Below, in pieces: positions 61,974 to 64,000 of a DNA stretch of 64,000 bases. The stretch covers positions 217,053 through 281,052 of the forward strand of contig NW_003314337.1 in NCBI RefSeq assembly GCF_000143415.4, written 5' to 3'. The notes under the pieces are model-generated. The model was not told the origin of the DNA. It did no database searches and worked only from the letters and a program-made list of their open reading frames with translations. A program made the position numbers and the translations under genes. The DNA is from Selaginella moellendorffii (lineage: Eukaryota > Plantae > Lycopodiophyta). Position 1 is the stretch's first letter, and each line of letters opens with the position of its first letter.

Positions 61974-64000
61974 TCGGGACCGAGACCGAGCCCGAGCCCG
62001 AGTCCGAGTCCGAATCCGAATCCGAGTCCGAGTCCGAGTCCGAGTCCGAGTCCGAGTCCGAGTCCGGAGCCTGAGAGGGTGAAAGCCCAAAGCGTTCGTC
62101 TCCCAGACCCTGGGGGGTTTGGTGAGCTCCAAAAGTATAGTAGGGGGAGGACTGCAGTGGAGCCAGTTTGGCCAGGAAAGGCCAGTTTGGCCCAGGAAGG
62201 CCAGACCCAGTGTTGGGTGATGAACTGACCACTGAGAAGTCCAAGACTAGAGTGAATACGGACCGACAAGCGGGGTAGCTTGGTGAAGTGTTCAAGAGCC
62301 GGCTCTAGTTCCCCCGGGAGATCGACTGGCCGATGCTCCCAGTCCAAGTGTGGGTGGCACTACCTACTTGGATACCAGGCGTGGCTCAACGGAACCTCGC
62401 TCTAAGCCCATGGCTAGAGCACCTAAAGGCGATAGGTGGGGAGAGTACCCAGGTGGCTCGCGTAAGGCCACGGTGTTCCGAAATGTCGTCCCAAAGGCCC
62501 AGACTGTGGAAAGGAAGAGGAGCAGTCCTCTGGGGTAGTGACCAAGGACGCAGTCGTGTGGTGAGGAAGTCCCAGAGGACCGTGGGACTTAGGGGTCGGG
62601 CCTGTGGGCCTCGATCCAGTGGCAGTGTTGGCAAACACGGCCAGGGGCAGAAAGGGACTTGGTAGGAACTGACAAAGGGACTTTGGGGAAGGCGATTCCC
62701 TAGGTCTGTGGGCATCCTAAGGATGCTAAGGAGTGGATCCAGGATGACCCCTCGTAGACAGATGGCCCAGTCTTGGAGAGACGGGATGGTGATGCAAGTG
62801 GTATTGGACCATTTGCGCAGCAAAGGTGAATGGGCATGGCCTTAGCGTAACGGGCCGAGATGTCAGTGGTACCTTTGGGTGTCGGTCATGGGATCGGACA
62901 CGTGGAGCACTTGGACCAAGTGCAAAGGTTGAGTGGCATGGATGCCATTCTCGGGGCTAGCAAGCCCCAAGTCCTGAATGGGACTTATGGAGGTTGTGAA
63001 TGAGACTCCTCCAAGTGGTCGGAGGTGTGGTTAAGTGACTAAAGTAGAATGGAAAAATTTAGTCGCCTACAATTTGGTATCGGAGCTGTTCCTTAGTCCG
63101 ACTTTTATTGGTGCTCAAGTATATCACCACTAGTGTTGGCATCGGAAGGTCCGAGGAGTGGGCCTATCCTTGAGGAGTAGCAAGTCTGGAAGACATGGCC
63201 CTCCATTACAGTTCATGTGTGAACTTGTAGACGAGGTGGTGGATAGAAAAGGGCCAATAATGGAACGACTTTGGGATCTTGGGAACAGTGCAAGGTTTTC
63301 CTCACTGAGTTGAGGATGTGATCCGGATGAGCATTTGTCTCAGCAAATTGGCTTAGGTTGTTGTGGTAAACAACTAAAGTTGGGATCACGGGAAAGATAG
63401 AGACTCCAAAACAATAAAGGAGTCACAAGATTATCCTCATATAGTTGAGGTTGGTGCTCATGAATGTGAGACCAAAGGTAATGACCGTGGAAGGTCAAAT
63501 ACGGAAGAGGACTCAAGTCCTTGAAATGGTGGCCGGGGCTACCTCTAATAAATGCTGGAACAACCCAAGGAGTTGGGGGTGTATTAAGTGGATGAGTTGG
63601 TATTCTCATCACATGGACAAGTAGTCCTAAGGGGCAAAGGTTGCCCCCAGAGAACAAAATCAAGTGTCAGAGTAACACTTGTGAAAATAGTCCTTTTGAG
63701 TAGGACCGGAATGCAAGATGTGTATTCCAGTGAGCTAGTGCCTCACAAGTAGGACCTTACGGGTCGGTGGATTAACCAAGTCCAAAACTGCTAGACGACT
63801 CAAGTAGAGTCCTAAAAAGGACTGAATGAAGCATTTGGACTGAGGTGCGTTGTACCCCACAAAGGATGGGGGGGGATCATAGGATCCAAGGATGAGAACA
63901 GAGAGTATCTCATCGATGGCAAAATGTGCCATGCTAAAGTTATGGGAAAGGTGTTACCAGAAGAAAACAACTTTGACATAAAATTGTGTGTGACCTCTAT
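61279..64000 (+). mobile_element. Second family B element nested in the first (5' LTR 61279-63071; runs off the right edge)
   Basis: No PPT before the LTR; PBS tggtatcggagc after it; interior repeats 60611-61278 and continues uninterrupted past gagctag at ~63738. Confidence 0.85.
61510..62068 (+). repeat. Minisatellite in second family B LTR
   Basis: Same 11/12-bp and hexamer units in a different order and number. Confidence 0.95.

Noticed and set aside
58702-62347. Long six-frame ORFs (SR-, SD- and GL-rich)
   Set aside because: By-products of stop-free tandem repeats inside LTRs
58827-63071. Two family B LTRs as one TRIM-like element or tandem array
   Set aside because: No PPT before 61279, a PBS follows both LTRs, and the second interior continues past the junction site; nesting fits better

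Overview
Eukaryotic, not prokaryotic: a land-plant, retrotransposon-rich window. Short-motif-rich PLS PPR genes, 50-60 nt introns and a CYP716-like relic suggest a Selaginella-like lycophyte (inference). Most of the window is nested Ty3/gypsy LTR retrotransposons with tRNA-iMet PBSs. Family A has a chromodomain gag-pol form (12356-19763 +, 43586-50689 -) and a non-coding partner (9551-24253, ~35724-51923); each partner copy contains a coding copy. Other elements are family B (repeat-laden ~1.8 kb LTRs, nested into itself at the right end), family C (104-bp 5' LTR, RNase H deleted), family D and two short LTRs. Apparently intact genes: two PLS/E-type PPR genes (25264-27366 +, 55417-57432 -) and an intronless PP2C (53269-54042 -). 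Pseudogenes: RPA70-like, laccase pieces, CYP716-like and two PPR relics showing reciprocal loss after duplication of a PPR pair. Most notable: a ~520-nt pre-PPT non-coding module shared by coding and non-coding family A elements with compensatory base changes, a GAAA-hairpin/TATA-like module shared by three LTR families, and an ABRE/G-box cluster in the partner LTR ~1 kb upstream of a PPR gene. N gaps: 10077-10176, 19337-19436, 37392-37653. All alignments were made by eye.
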